Shown here: piece after piece, positions 9,761-20,863 of the stretch
Layout of the letters: each line of letters begins with the position of its first letter
How positions within the stretch are numbered: position 1 is the first letter of the stretch
Origin: a bacterium
GTDB taxonomy: Bacteria; CLD3; SB21
NCBI GenBank assembly: GCA_013360215.1
Contig: JABWCP010000012.1
Coordinates: 1-64,000 of the forward strand
DNA: 64,000 nt
Direction: 5' to 3'
Notes under the pieces: generated by a model
What the model was told of the DNA's origin: nothing
The model's database searches: none
Seen by the model: only the letters and a program-made list of their open reading frames with translations
Made by a program: the position numbers and the translations under genes

Positions 9761-9790
9761 CTATTCCTTAATTAGTCAGATTTAAAATTA

Positions 9791-9820
9791 ACGGCGGAGC
9801 GGTTTGACGCGCTCCACCGT
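9791..9820 (-). terminator. Hairpin terminator after the lipoprotein gene
   Basis: ACGGTGGAGCG...CGCTCCGCCGT stem followed by TAATTTT on the minus strand. Confidence 0.5.
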
Positions 9821-9850
9821 CTTTCACTAAACCAAGGGGGAATTAGATAA

Positions 9851-10837
9851 TTAGTTGATTACTTTGCGATACGGTAACGCTACGATCAGTGAATTATAAG
9901 GTGCAACATCCGCATCGGATTCGTACACAGTATTGTGAGTAACGAAATCCAAAGCACCGACATGTACACCGGCAAATTCGGTCTGACCTACAATCCAGCG
10001 AACCGTATAAATACCGTCACCGGCAACGCGATCGCCATAGGTACCTTCATCGTTGAAAAGATGCTTGACGCGCATACCTGCAATTTTGGCATTACGGTTT
10101 TTACCGCGATGTATCCATCCCATCGGCGCATCGTCAGCGTTGCTGTTCGCAATCCCGACTTCTACAGTCACCGTATCGCCCTGACTCACTTGCGGTAAAC
10201 CACCGCGTTCGATGAAGTAGGCGAGCGGATCGGTAAATCCGAAATCCGTTACACCGGCTGCACTGTGTATGGTTACATTGACGCTGCTCAGACTCATCGT
10301 CCCGTTTTTGGATCTACCAAATCCGGCCGACACTTCGCTCACGAGCCAACGGCGATCTATCTCCGGATCGGTATTGCGAACGAAACGAACGATACGTTTC
10401 ATTTCATGTTCGAGCGGCTTAGTATATTTGACCAATCCTTCGCCGTCCGGATTTTCCGCACGAATCACAAAATTACCTTTCATAAGAAATGTGATTTCCG
10501 CTTCGGCGCTCATCGTATCTTCGGCAACCGTTATCTGGATATCTCTACGGCTCATACGCACAACACGACCATACCCTTTGATCGAATCAATAGGCGACGC
10601 GGACTTAGACAATACGACCGCCTCACCATCATAGGACTTGGAATACCCCGTTGCATCCGATTCACCCAAAATATCTACGCCGATTATTTCATCCGCATCT
10701 TCGATTATCTGATTCTGAATTTCTTCTTCATCAACTGTCAGATTGGAACTATCTTTTTCAGAACACCCGATAACCAGTAAAAAATTGACCATAATCATTA
10801 CGATCAACCATCGGCTTGCATTCCAATACTTTTTCAT
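9851..10837 (-). CDS. Lipoprotein of unknown function with a C-terminal choice-of-anchor-X-like motif
   Basis: Lipobox LVIG-C; AAGGAG RBS before ATG 10837 (track start 10879); LFNDEGTYGDRVAGDGIYT motif. Confidence 0.7.
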   Translation of the reverse strand: MKKYWNASRWLIVMIMVNFLLVIGCSEKDSSNLTVDEEEIQNQIIEDADEIIGVDILGESDATGYSKSYDGEAVVLSKSASPIDSIKGYGRVVRMSRRDIQITVAEDTMSAEAEITFLMKGNFVIRAENPDGEGLVKYTKPLEHEMKRIVRFVRNTDPEIDRRWLVSEVSAGFGRSKNGTMSLSSVNVTIHSAAGVTDFGFTDPLAYFIERGGLPQVSQGDTVTVEVGIANSNADDAPMGWIHRGKNRNAKIAGMRVKHLFNDEGTYGDRVAGDGIYTVRWIVGQTEFAGVHVGALDFVTHNTVYESDADVAPYNSLIVALPYRKVIN

Positions 10838-10904
10838 ACGCTTCACTCCTTTATGTTTGTGGTAAATATCTTCTAACATTTTCTGACCCGCTGCATGATA
10901 TTAA

Positions 10905-10920
10905 AACAATTTATATGCCA
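10905..10920 (-). promoter_or_regulatory. Putative sigma54 -24/-12 promoter TGGCAT-ATAAA-TTGTT
   Basis: Fits TGGCAC-N5-TTGCW with a variant -12; IHF-like TATCAAATATTTA just upstream. Confidence 0.45.
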
Positions 10921-11083
10921 TATTTTAAATATTTGATATTTAATGTTATAATGATTCAAAAAAGTACGGATTGACGAAAAAACCGTCGCTTTTTCAGATT
11001 AATCAACCCAAATAACCTTCAAATTGGTAAAAGGAAATTTTGGCATAGAGAAAAGACAATAAGTCATATCTTATGATGACATT

Positions 11084-11110
11084 TTAGCACTCATGATTTA
11101 TGAGTGCTAA
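11084..11110. promoter_or_regulatory. CIRCE element (HrcA operator)
   Basis: Perfect TTAGCACTC-N9-GAGTGCTAA upstream of groES. Confidence 0.95.
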
Positions 11111-11144
11111 CAAGTAGAGTGCAAATTAAATAAAAACAAAAAAC

Positions 11145-11174
11145 TTGAATTTAGGCACAAACCTTGTATATTTG
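11145..11174 (+). promoter_or_regulatory. Putative groESL promoter TTGAAT...TATATTTG
   Basis: -35/-10-like boxes; TATATTTG also fits the Bacteroidota -7 consensus TAnnTTTG. Confidence 0.45.
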
Positions 11175-11254
11175 CGGCCAACGAATTCAAGCTATAACCA
11201 TTAACCAATAATAGTAACTTCTTAACTCATACTTCATAAACAGGAGATTCTCTC

Positions 11255-11530
11255 ATGAAACTGAAGCCCTTAGCGGATCGCGTCATCGTGGAACCGATGG
11301 AAGCCGAAGAAAAAACAGCATCCGGTCTTATTATTCCGGATTCAGCCAAAGAAAAACCGCAAGTCGGTAAAGTCGTTGCCGCAGGTCCCGGCAAGAAAAA
11401 AGACGAACCCCTCACCGTTAAAACCGGCGATATGGTGCTTTACGGAAAATACTCCGGTACTGAAATCACCTATGAAAACAAAAAATATCTGATCATGAGC
11501 GAGTCGGATATCCTCGCCGTTCAAGGTTAA
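11255..11530 (+). CDS. groES: Co-chaperonin GroES
   Basis: [33 protein letters not shown]. Confidence 0.98.
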   Translation: MKLKPLADRVIVEPMEAEEKTASGLIIPDSAKEKPQVGKVVAAGPGKKKDEPLTVKTGDMVLYGKYSGTEITYENKKYLIMSESDILAVQG

Positions 11531-11562
11531 TCTAATTTTAGAACACTAACCGATAACGATAA

Positions 11563-13239
<1,677 letters not shown>

Positions 13240-13300
13240 TCGTCAGCTTAATACGTCTCCCAAGTTCCGCAGGCGAAAACGGCCGGCGGACATCAAATAT

Positions 13301-13340
13301 AAAATCCCTGTTCTGCGCTATGCAGAACGGGGATTTTTTT
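13301..13340 (+). terminator. Rho-independent terminator of groESL
   Basis: AAAATCCC(T)GTTCTGC...GCAGAACGGGATTTT stem plus T-run. Confidence 0.8.
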
Positions 13341-13504
13341 TGGAAAGCATGCAACAATTTGCGGCCGATAACGTTCTTATCCGATCCATAAAACCGTGCA
13401 TTTTATCATACCCAATGTCAAAACGTTTTTGTAGTATTACACCGTTTCCACGTCGTTAAAAATGTTTTTTACATATCTATCACTATCTCTGCGAGGATAA
13501 AGTT

Positions 13505-16500
13505 ATGAAACGGAATCTCTGGTTATGCTTATGGTTTGCGCTCTTTACGCTTTCATCGGCACAAGCGCAACAAGAGTCGCGCTTAATGCGTTTCCCGGCG
13601 ACGGATGGACAGCAAATCGTGTTCACCTATGCCGGTGATTTATACACCGTCCCTGTCAACGGCGGATTGGCACGCAAGCTTACCTCCGATGCCAATGGTT
13701 ATGAAATGTTCGCACGCTTTTCTCCGAACGGTCAATGGCTGGCTTTTTCCGGCCAATACGACGGCAACACCGAAGTTTATGTAATGCCTTCCGGCGGCGG
13801 TGTTCCCAAACGTCTGACCATCACCGCCACCCTCGGGCGCGATGACGTTGCTGATCGTATGGGCCCCAGTACGATCGTGATGGCATGGAAAAATACATCC
13901 GAAGAAATTCTATTCCGCTCCCGCATGCGTTCTTTCAACGATTGGAACGGTGAACTTTTTAGCGTCAATCTGCAGGGCGATGCCCTGTCTCAAGTACCCG
14001 TACCGCGCGGCGGATGGATGTCCTTTTCTCCGGATGATAAAAAAATGGCGTACAATCGCATCTTCCGCGAATTCCGTACATGGAAACGCTATCGCGGCGG
14101 TATGGCCGATGATGTCTGGATTTATGACTTTGCCTCCAAAACGGTCGAGAACATTACTAATAATAATGCCTCCGATCTTTACCCGATGTGGGTCGGCAAT
14201 AAAATCTACTTCGTTTCCGACCGCGACGCCCGCTCCCGATTTAACTTGTACAGCTATGATATTACCTCCAAAACGACAACTCAACTTACAACGTTCACGG
14301 ATTTTGATATCAAGTTTCCTTCGCTCGGCAAAGACGCCATCGTATTTGAAAACGGCGGCTACATTTATCGTTTTGATTTGAAAACCGAAAAAGCAACAAA
14401 AGTACCGATCTCGATTCAGGAAGATTTCGCATCGGGCCGCAATGCGCTTCTTCAGGTCGGCAAAAATGTAACCAATTTTGAAATTTCACCGGATGGTAAA
14501 CGTGCTTTATTAGGTGCGCACGGCGAAATATTTACCGTACCGTCCAAAGCCGGTATCACGCGTAATCTAACGCAGACTTCCGGTACGCACGAACGCGCTT
14601 CCAAATGGTCGCCCGATGGCAAATGGATCGCGTTCATCGGTGATGCATCCGGCGAAAATGAAATCTACATTATGCCGCAGGACGGCAGCGCCAAACCGAC
14701 ACCGATCACCAAAAATGCGGACACCTATTACTATACGCTGTACTGGTCTCCGGACAGCAAAAAAATTCTCTGGGCGGATAAAAAACTCCGTTTGCGTTAT
14801 GTGGATGTAGCTACCAAAAATGTAACTGAAGTGGATCAGGCGACGTTTTGGGAATTTTCGGAATATACGTGGTCGCCCGACAGCAAATGGATCGCATACA
14901 CACGCCCTGAAGATGCCGGTATGAGCCGTGTTATGTTGTATTCTCTGGATCAAAAAAAATCAACGGAAATTACCGACGGTTGGTACGAATCCGGTTCGCC
15001 GGCTTTCAGCCATGACGGCAAATATCTGATTTTCGGTTCCAATCGCGATTTTAATCCGGTTTACAGTTGGACGGAATGGAATCATTCCTATCAGGACATG
15101 ACGCGTATCTATATGGTCACTTTGTCCAAAGAAACGGATTCGCCGTTCAAACCAAAAAATGACGAAGTTGAGATCAAAAAGGACGACCAACCTAAAGCCG
15201 ACGATAAAGCCAAAAAAGATGACGCCGGCAAAAAAGCAGATGCTTCAGTAAAAATAGATTTGGATGGCATCAAACAACGCCTGATCGTATTGCCGGTCAG
15301 CGCATCCAACTATTATAATCTGGCAGGCGTCGACGATAAGATTTATTACAGCCGCCAAGGCAGCAAAGACGAGAAACCGCTGCTTTTCGTGTTTGACCTC
15401 AAAGAACAAAAAGAAACCGAACTCGGATCATTTAACGGGTATGAAATTTCCGCTGATAATAAAAAGATGCTCGTCGGCCAAAGCGGTTCATTTGCCATCG
15501 TCGATCTGCCCAAAGGAAAAATCGAATTTAAAGACAAGCTTGACCTCGGCAATATGGAGATGCGCGTTAACTATCGCGAAGAATGGATGCAAATCTTCAA
15601 CGAGTGCTGGCGGCAAATGCGCGACTTTTTGTATGACCCGGCTCTGCACGGCGTTGATTGGGAAGGCGTTCGCAAAAAATATGCACCGCTTGTAGAACAT
15701 GTCAACCATCGCAATGATCTGACCTATATCATCGGCGAAGTCATCGGCGAACTCAATATCGGACATGCTTATGTCGGCGGCGGTGAACGCAAACAACCGC
15801 GCCGTATCAATCTCGGCTTGCTCGGCGCAGAAATCGAACGTGATCCCGCAACGAAATATTATCGTATCGCACGCATTCTGCCCGGTGAAAACTGGCGGAA
15901 AGAAGTGCGTTCGCCGCTCACCGAAGTCGGCGTAAATGTAAACAGCGGTGATTATATCATCGCGATCAACGGTCAGTCGGTCGCCGGAGTCAATAATATC
16001 AACGAACTTCTGATCAATACCGCCGACAAAACAACCCTGCTGAAAGTTAACTCCAAACCATCGGAACAAGGTGCGCGCGACGTCGCCGTGACCCCTATCG
16101 CTGACGAAGCGGACTTATACTATTATCAATGGGTACAAACCAATATCGAAAAAGTCAACAAAGCGACGAACGGCGAAGTCGGATATATCCACGTACCTGA
16201 CATGGGCGTCAACGGGCTCAACGAATTTGTAAAACACTTTTACCCGCAGCTTCGCAAAAAAGCGCTGATCATAGACGTACGCGGCAACGGCGGCGGCAAC
16301 GTATCACCGATGCTCATCGAACGTCTGCGCCGTGAAATCGCTATGGTGGATGCGCCACGTAATCTTTCATCCCGCCCGGATCCTTTTGATATGATGGTCG
16401 GTCCGATGGTTTGCCTCCTCAATGAGTTTTCCGCATCGGACGGCGATCTTTTCCCCTACCGTTTCCGCAAAATGAAACTCGGTAAACTCATCGGCAAACG

Positions 16501-16774
16501 CAGCTGGGGCGGTGTCGTCGGTATTCGCGGCTCACTGCCGCTCGTAGACGGCGGTTATCTGAATCGCCCGGAATTCGGTTCATATGATACCGACGGCAAA
16601 GAATGGATCATCGAAGGACACGGCGTGGATCCCGATATCGTCATAGATAATGACCCGGCGCGTGAATTCGCCGGCATAGACGACCAGCTTACCAAAGGCA
16701 TCGAGGTCATCATGGAAGAATTGAAAACCAAAAAACGCGAGTTACCCAAAAAACCGGAATATCCGAAAAAGTAA
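13505..16774 (+). CDS. Tricorn protease homolog (S41), exported
   Basis: Signal peptide; PD40 propeller repeats (WSPDGK), WKRYRGG, PDZ, DVRGNGGG, SASDGD catalytic Ser, WGGVVGI. Confidence 0.93.
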   Translation: MKRNLWLCLWFALFTLSSAQAQQESRLMRFPATDGQQIVFTYAGDLYTVPVNGGLARKLTSDANGYEMFARFSPNGQWLAFSGQYDGNTEVYVMPSGGGVPKRLTITATLGRDDVADRMGPSTIVMAWKNTSEEILFRSRMRSFNDWNGELFSVNLQGDALSQVPVPRGGWMSFSPDDKKMAYNRIFREFRTWKRYRGGMADDVWIYDFASKTVENITNNNASDLYPMWVGNKIYFVSDRDARSRFNLYSYDITSKTTTQLTTFTDFDIKFPSLGKDAIVFENGGYIYRFDLKTEKATKVPISIQEDFASGRNALLQVGKNVTNFEISPDGKRALLGAHGEIFTVPSKAGITRNLTQTSGTHERASKWSPDGKWIAFIGDASGENEIYIMPQDGSAKPTPITKNADTYYYTLYWSPDSKKILWADKKLRLRYVDVATKNVTEVDQATFWEFSEYTWSPDSKWIAYTRPEDAGMSRVMLYSLDQKKSTEITDGWYESGSPAFSHDGKYLIFGSNRDFNPVYSWTEWNHSYQDMTRIYMVTLSKETDSPFKPKNDEVEIKKDDQPKADDKAKKDDAGKKADASVKIDLDGIKQRLIVLPVSASNYYNLAGVDDKIYYSRQGSKDEKPLLFVFDLKEQKETELGSFNGYEISADNKKMLVGQSGSFAIVDLPKGKIEFKDKLDLGNMEMRVNYREEWMQIFNECWRQMRDFLYDPALHGVDWEGVRKKYAPLVEHVNHRNDLTYIIGEVIGELNIGHAYVGGGERKQPRRINLGLLGAEIERDPATKYYRIARILPGENWRKEVRSPLTEVGVNVNSGDYIIAINGQSVAGVNNINELLINTADKTTLLKVNSKPSEQGARDVAVTPIADEADLYYYQWVQTNIEKVNKATNGEVGYIHVPDMGVNGLNEFVKHFYPQLRKKALIIDVRGNGGGNVSPMLIERLRREIAMVDAPRNLSSRPDPFDMMVGPMVCLLNEFSASDGDLFPYRFRKMKLGKLIGKRSWGGVVGIRGSLPLVDGGYLNRPEFGSYDTDGKEWIIEGHGVDPDIVIDNDPAREFAGIDDQLTKGIEVIMEELKTKKRELPKKPEYPKK

Positions 16775-16794
16775 TTTTTTCATAACCTAAACCA

Positions 16795-18459
16795 ATGGAC
16801 CAAACCATGAAACATTTTCTCATCACGGCTCTGCTGATCACGATGATCGCATGCAAACCGGCTGAAAAACCTAAACCGGAAAAATCTGAAATGCAGAAAA
16901 AAATAGACGAATTTGCCAAAACGCACATCGCCGTCAATATGGACCATCTTTCCGCCAAGGAAAAAGAAATGGTCAAACTACTGGTCAAAGCCGGACAAAT
17001 CGCCGATGGTATTTTTTGGAAACAAACGGATGCGGATGCCGTTAGGCTCCGTGATGAACTGAAAGCCAAAAACGATCCGGCTTCCAAAGAAGCCTACGAA
17101 TACCTGATGATCAATTATGGGCCGTACGATTTGGAAACCAATCGTCGCTTTGTCGGGCAAGGGCCCACCGAACGTCCGTTGACGGGAACGTATTATCCCG
17201 CCGACATGACCAAAGAAGAATTTGAAGCGTATATCAAGGCCAACCCTAAAGAAGAAAAAGAACTGACCGGATTGTATACCGTAGTCGTGCGGGATGGGAA
17301 AAAACTCAAAGCCGTTCCTTTTCATGAAGTGTACAAAGCGGAAGTTACGGCCATAAGCCAATTGCTTGCGCAAGCCGCTGCATTGTGCGAAAATGTCTCC
17401 CTCAAAACATATCTCACCGAGCGCGCCAAAGCCGTATTGACGGACGACTACTACGCATCCGATGTCGCGTGGATGAAACTTAAAGATAACAACATAGACG
17501 TCGTGATCGGCCCCATCGAAAACTACGAAGATCGTCTGTACAACTACAAAACAGCACACGAATGCGCCGTGATGGTCAAAGATCCCGAAGGCACCAAAGA
17601 ACTGCAAATGTTCCAGTCGCACTTGGATGCACTTGAAAAAAACCTCCCGTCTAAAAAAGAATACATTCGCTCCTCGGCCGGCAAAGCCAATGTGCTTGAG
17701 GTGGTCAATATTGTTTACTTCGGCGGCGACTTTCAAAAAGGCGTAAAAACGATTGCTGCATCTTTACCCAACGATCCGAAAGTCCATGATGAATACGGAG
17801 GCAAAAAACAGATGTATAAAAATCTGATGGAAGCTAAGTTTCAAAAAATTCTGCTTCCTCTCGGCGAACGTCTTATCGCACCGGATTCGCGTAAATATAT
17901 AGACATGCATTCGTTTACGACATTCGTAACGATGCACGAAGTGTCGCACACGCTCGGACGCAGTTTTGTCTATGGTAAAGACGATCTGCCTGTTCGTAAT
18001 GCTTTGAAAGAATTGTATTCTGCCATCGAAGAGGCCAAAGCCGACGTTGTCGGTATTTACAATATGGATTATTTTGCCAAACAAGGCATTTACGATGCGG
18101 AAACCATGCGCAAACATTATACAACCTACGTTGTCGGTTTGTTCCGTTCGATCCGATTTGGCGCCGAAGAAGCGCATGGTAAAGCCAACATCGCGCAGTT
18201 AGCATTTTTGCAAGAACAAGGTGCGTTGGGACGTGATGCGCAAGGTTATTGGCAAATTCATCCCGAAAAATTTCAAGCCGGTCTGTCGGCTTTAGCTAAA
18301 GTACTGCTTGAAATCGAAGCCGAAGGAAACTATGACGGAGCTAAGACGTTTATCGAAAAATACGGTAAACTGACCGATGCGATCAAAGCCGACTTGGCCA
18401 AGTTTCACGATATTCCGCGCGATCTCAATACGACATACGATATAATGAATCAACTTTGA
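16795..18459 (+). CDS. Dipeptidyl-peptidase III-like zinc peptidase (M49, HEXXH type), lipoprotein
   Basis: Lipobox MIA-C; IGPIENYED, ASLPND, MHEVSH, EEAKAD, RSIRFG..EAHG. Confidence 0.82.
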   Translation: MDQTMKHFLITALLITMIACKPAEKPKPEKSEMQKKIDEFAKTHIAVNMDHLSAKEKEMVKLLVKAGQIADGIFWKQTDADAVRLRDELKAKNDPASKEAYEYLMINYGPYDLETNRRFVGQGPTERPLTGTYYPADMTKEEFEAYIKANPKEEKELTGLYTVVVRDGKKLKAVPFHEVYKAEVTAISQLLAQAAALCENVSLKTYLTERAKAVLTDDYYASDVAWMKLKDNNIDVVIGPIENYEDRLYNYKTAHECAVMVKDPEGTKELQMFQSHLDALEKNLPSKKEYIRSSAGKANVLEVVNIVYFGGDFQKGVKTIAASLPNDPKVHDEYGGKKQMYKNLMEAKFQKILLPLGERLIAPDSRKYIDMHSFTTFVTMHEVSHTLGRSFVYGKDDLPVRNALKELYSAIEEAKADVVGIYNMDYFAKQGIYDAETMRKHYTTYVVGLFRSIRFGAEEAHGKANIAQLAFLQEQGALGRDAQGYWQIHPEKFQAGLSALAKVLLEIEAEGNYDGAKTFIEKYGKLTDAIKADLAKFHDIPRDLNTTYDIMNQL

Positions 18460-18490
18460 TTCGGTCACTTTATAAACCGATGGCGGAATC

Positions 18491-19360
18491 ATGCCCATAG
18501 CCTGGATCAACGGCAAATATGTGCCCGAAGATGAAATAGCTTTGTCGCCCAACGATCGCGGTTTTTTATACGGCGACGGGGCGTTTGAAACGATGCGGTC
18601 CGTGCAATCGCGCATCATCGCATTGCATGCACATATACACCGTTTGAAAACGGCCTGTGAACGATTGCGAATTCCGCTTACACAAGGACCTGAAAATTTC
18701 CGAACGATCATTCAAGAATTGCTCAACCGAAACGCGTTACAAGATGCTTATATACGGATCAGTATAAGCCGCGGCCCGGTTGAGCAATTTGGTTTTGGAT
18801 TTTCCAAAACCATCAAACCGACGTGCCTCCTCGCCGTACGCCCTGCGCCGACGATTCCTGATAATATTTACCAAAAAGGCGTATCTGTCGGATTTCAGAT
18901 CAGTTCACTTTTTGGTTCACACACCGGTGATACGGCCATCAAATCATTGAGCGCGGTGGAATACGTTCTTGCCAAACAATCGGCGCTTGAGAATAAATGC
19001 TACGATATGTTATTGATGGATTCGATCGAACGCGTGTACGAGGGCACCTCCAGTAATGTATTTGTCGTCCGTCAAGGTGCGTTGTGCACGCCGCCGGTTC
19101 ATAGCGGCATACTTCCGGGTATTACGCGCGCACGGGTCATCACTTTGGCTGAAACAAAACTTCATCTGCCCGTGCGGGAAATCTTGTTTTCTAAACAAGA
19201 TGTACTGACCGCAGAAGAGGTTTTTTTGACGAATACCAATATTGATGTATTGCCGGTAACCGTCGCAGGTGAACAAACCATAGGCAATGGCTTACCTGGA
19301 AAAATCACACAATCATTACTTCAACTGTACCGCCAAACTCTGATCGAAATCCTTGAATAA
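18491..19360 (+). CDS. Class IV aminotransferase / 4-amino-4-deoxychorismate lyase (PabC-like)
   Basis: DRGFLYGDGAFET, EGTSSNVF, ILPGITR, EEVFLTN; adjacent to the pabB-like gene. Confidence 0.8.
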   Translation: MPIAWINGKYVPEDEIALSPNDRGFLYGDGAFETMRSVQSRIIALHAHIHRLKTACERLRIPLTQGPENFRTIIQELLNRNALQDAYIRISISRGPVEQFGFGFSKTIKPTCLLAVRPAPTIPDNIYQKGVSVGFQISSLFGSHTGDTAIKSLSAVEYVLAKQSALENKCYDMLLMDSIERVYEGTSSNVFVVRQGALCTPPVHSGILPGITRARVITLAETKLHLPVREILFSKQDVLTAEEVFLTNTNIDVLPVTVAGEQTIGNGLPGKITQSLLQLYRQTLIEILE

Positions 19361-20756
19361 AGCATCCGACGTACATAGCGAACCTTGGGATTGGCCGAAC
19401 GATATTTGGTCACTGTATCGTACGATCGCCGCCTCTCCGCGATTTATTTTTTTATACAGTTCGTTGCTACAACCATCGTACGGCCGATATTCATACCTTG
19501 CATGCGACCCTTCCATCGTTTTTAAATGTACCTCTCATCACAACGAGATTACTACAGCGACCGGCGTGACGTCTATGGACGGGAACCCCTTCGATTGCAT
19601 GTACGATCTGATGCAACAATATGCCGCGCCAAAAAATCACGGCAACGTTGATTTTTGTACAGACGGCTGGTTTGGATATTGGGGTTATGATACGCGCGAT
19701 CATCTGGAAAAAGTCGCATCACACGCCCGCATGTGTTTGAATACGTCCGATGCGTTATGGATGAAATTTGACGCCGTTATCGTTTTAGATCACCAAGAGC
19801 ATCAGGCGCGGATTACCGGTACTCGTACCGGCATTCAGAAATTACGCGAGCGCCTTCAACAACCTGTAGCCTCGTATCCTGAAAAACCGCTTCAATTTAA
19901 AATTCATCCGACCGAAACCCGTGCATCATACATTCAAAAAATTAACTCCCTGCATGAATCAATCGCTGCGGGCGATGTGTACGAAGTCAATCTATCGCAG
20001 CGTTTTGATGTGACGGTAGATGGCTACGATCCGAACGTGTACAGTCGTATTTTTAGATCGTTGGTCGAAACAAGTCCCGCGCCTTTTTCGGCGATTATTC
20101 AATGCGATGAAACAGCTGTAATCAGTTCATCACCTGAGCTCTTTTTGCAAATGCATCAAAATATATGCACCAGCAAACCGATCAAAGGCACACGGCCACG
20201 CACGGGTAATTTTGATTCCGACGAAAAAAATTATTTCGATTTACAAACCGATGAAAAAGATCGCGCCGAAAATCTCATGATCGTTGATCTCGTCCGCAAT
20301 GATCTTGGGCGCGTTTCACAGGCGGGCTCTGTTGTTACGAAAGATCTTTTTGCTGTCGAAACGTACGCCACCGTTTTTCAGATGGTTTCTACGATACAGA
20401 GCCGATTGTCCGAACATGCTACGATGATGGATGCCGTGAAAGCAGCATTTCCGCCCGGTTCGATGACAGGCGCCCCCAAAATAAGCGCCATGCAACATAT
20501 CGAATCGTTAGAACCTTATAAGCGCAGTGTTTATGCCGGCGCTATCGGCTGGATGCAAGCTTCGGGGGAAACAATGTTATCGGTGGTAATTCGAACACTT
20601 ATTTTCAACGGAGCCTCCGGTTATTTTCAAACCGGCGGGGCCATCGTGTGGGATTCTATACCCGATGAGGAGTATCAGGAGTGTTGGGATAAAGCTCAGG
20701 GAATTCTGCGCGCGCTTGAAAAATTGGGAGTAATTAACTTACCGGTATATATATAA
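19353..20756 (+). CDS. pabB: Aminodeoxychorismate synthase component I
   Basis: SSPELF, KPIKGTRPR, AENLMIVDLVRNDL, FPPGSMTGAPK; PIKGT favours PabB over TrpE. Confidence 0.82.
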   Translation: MNKASDVHSEPWDWPNDIWSLYRTIAASPRFIFLYSSLLQPSYGRYSYLACDPSIVFKCTSHHNEITTATGVTSMDGNPFDCMYDLMQQYAAPKNHGNVDFCTDGWFGYWGYDTRDHLEKVASHARMCLNTSDALWMKFDAVIVLDHQEHQARITGTRTGIQKLRERLQQPVASYPEKPLQFKIHPTETRASYIQKINSLHESIAAGDVYEVNLSQRFDVTVDGYDPNVYSRIFRSLVETSPAPFSAIIQCDETAVISSSPELFLQMHQNICTSKPIKGTRPRTGNFDSDEKNYFDLQTDEKDRAENLMIVDLVRNDLGRVSQAGSVVTKDLFAVETYATVFQMVSTIQSRLSEHATMMDAVKAAFPPGSMTGAPKISAMQHIESLEPYKRSVYAGAIGWMQASGETMLSVVIRTLIFNGASGYFQTGGAIVWDSIPDEEYQECWDKAQGILRALEKLGVINLPVYI

Positions 20757-20863
20757 CCTATACGTCATTCTATCGCCCATCGTCACATCATCTGCAATGC
20801 CTAGCCGAACCAGCTTTTTAGATTCTTCAAAATTTCATTTTTATTTTTTGTCAGCAAAAGCGG

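Noticed and set aside
15488-18205. Long antisense ORFs (for example 15488-16069 and 16978-17736; also 25920-26549, 58440-59069, 61477-62193)
   Set aside because: Shadow frames of well-supported genes, caused by codon bias; no recognisable motifs.
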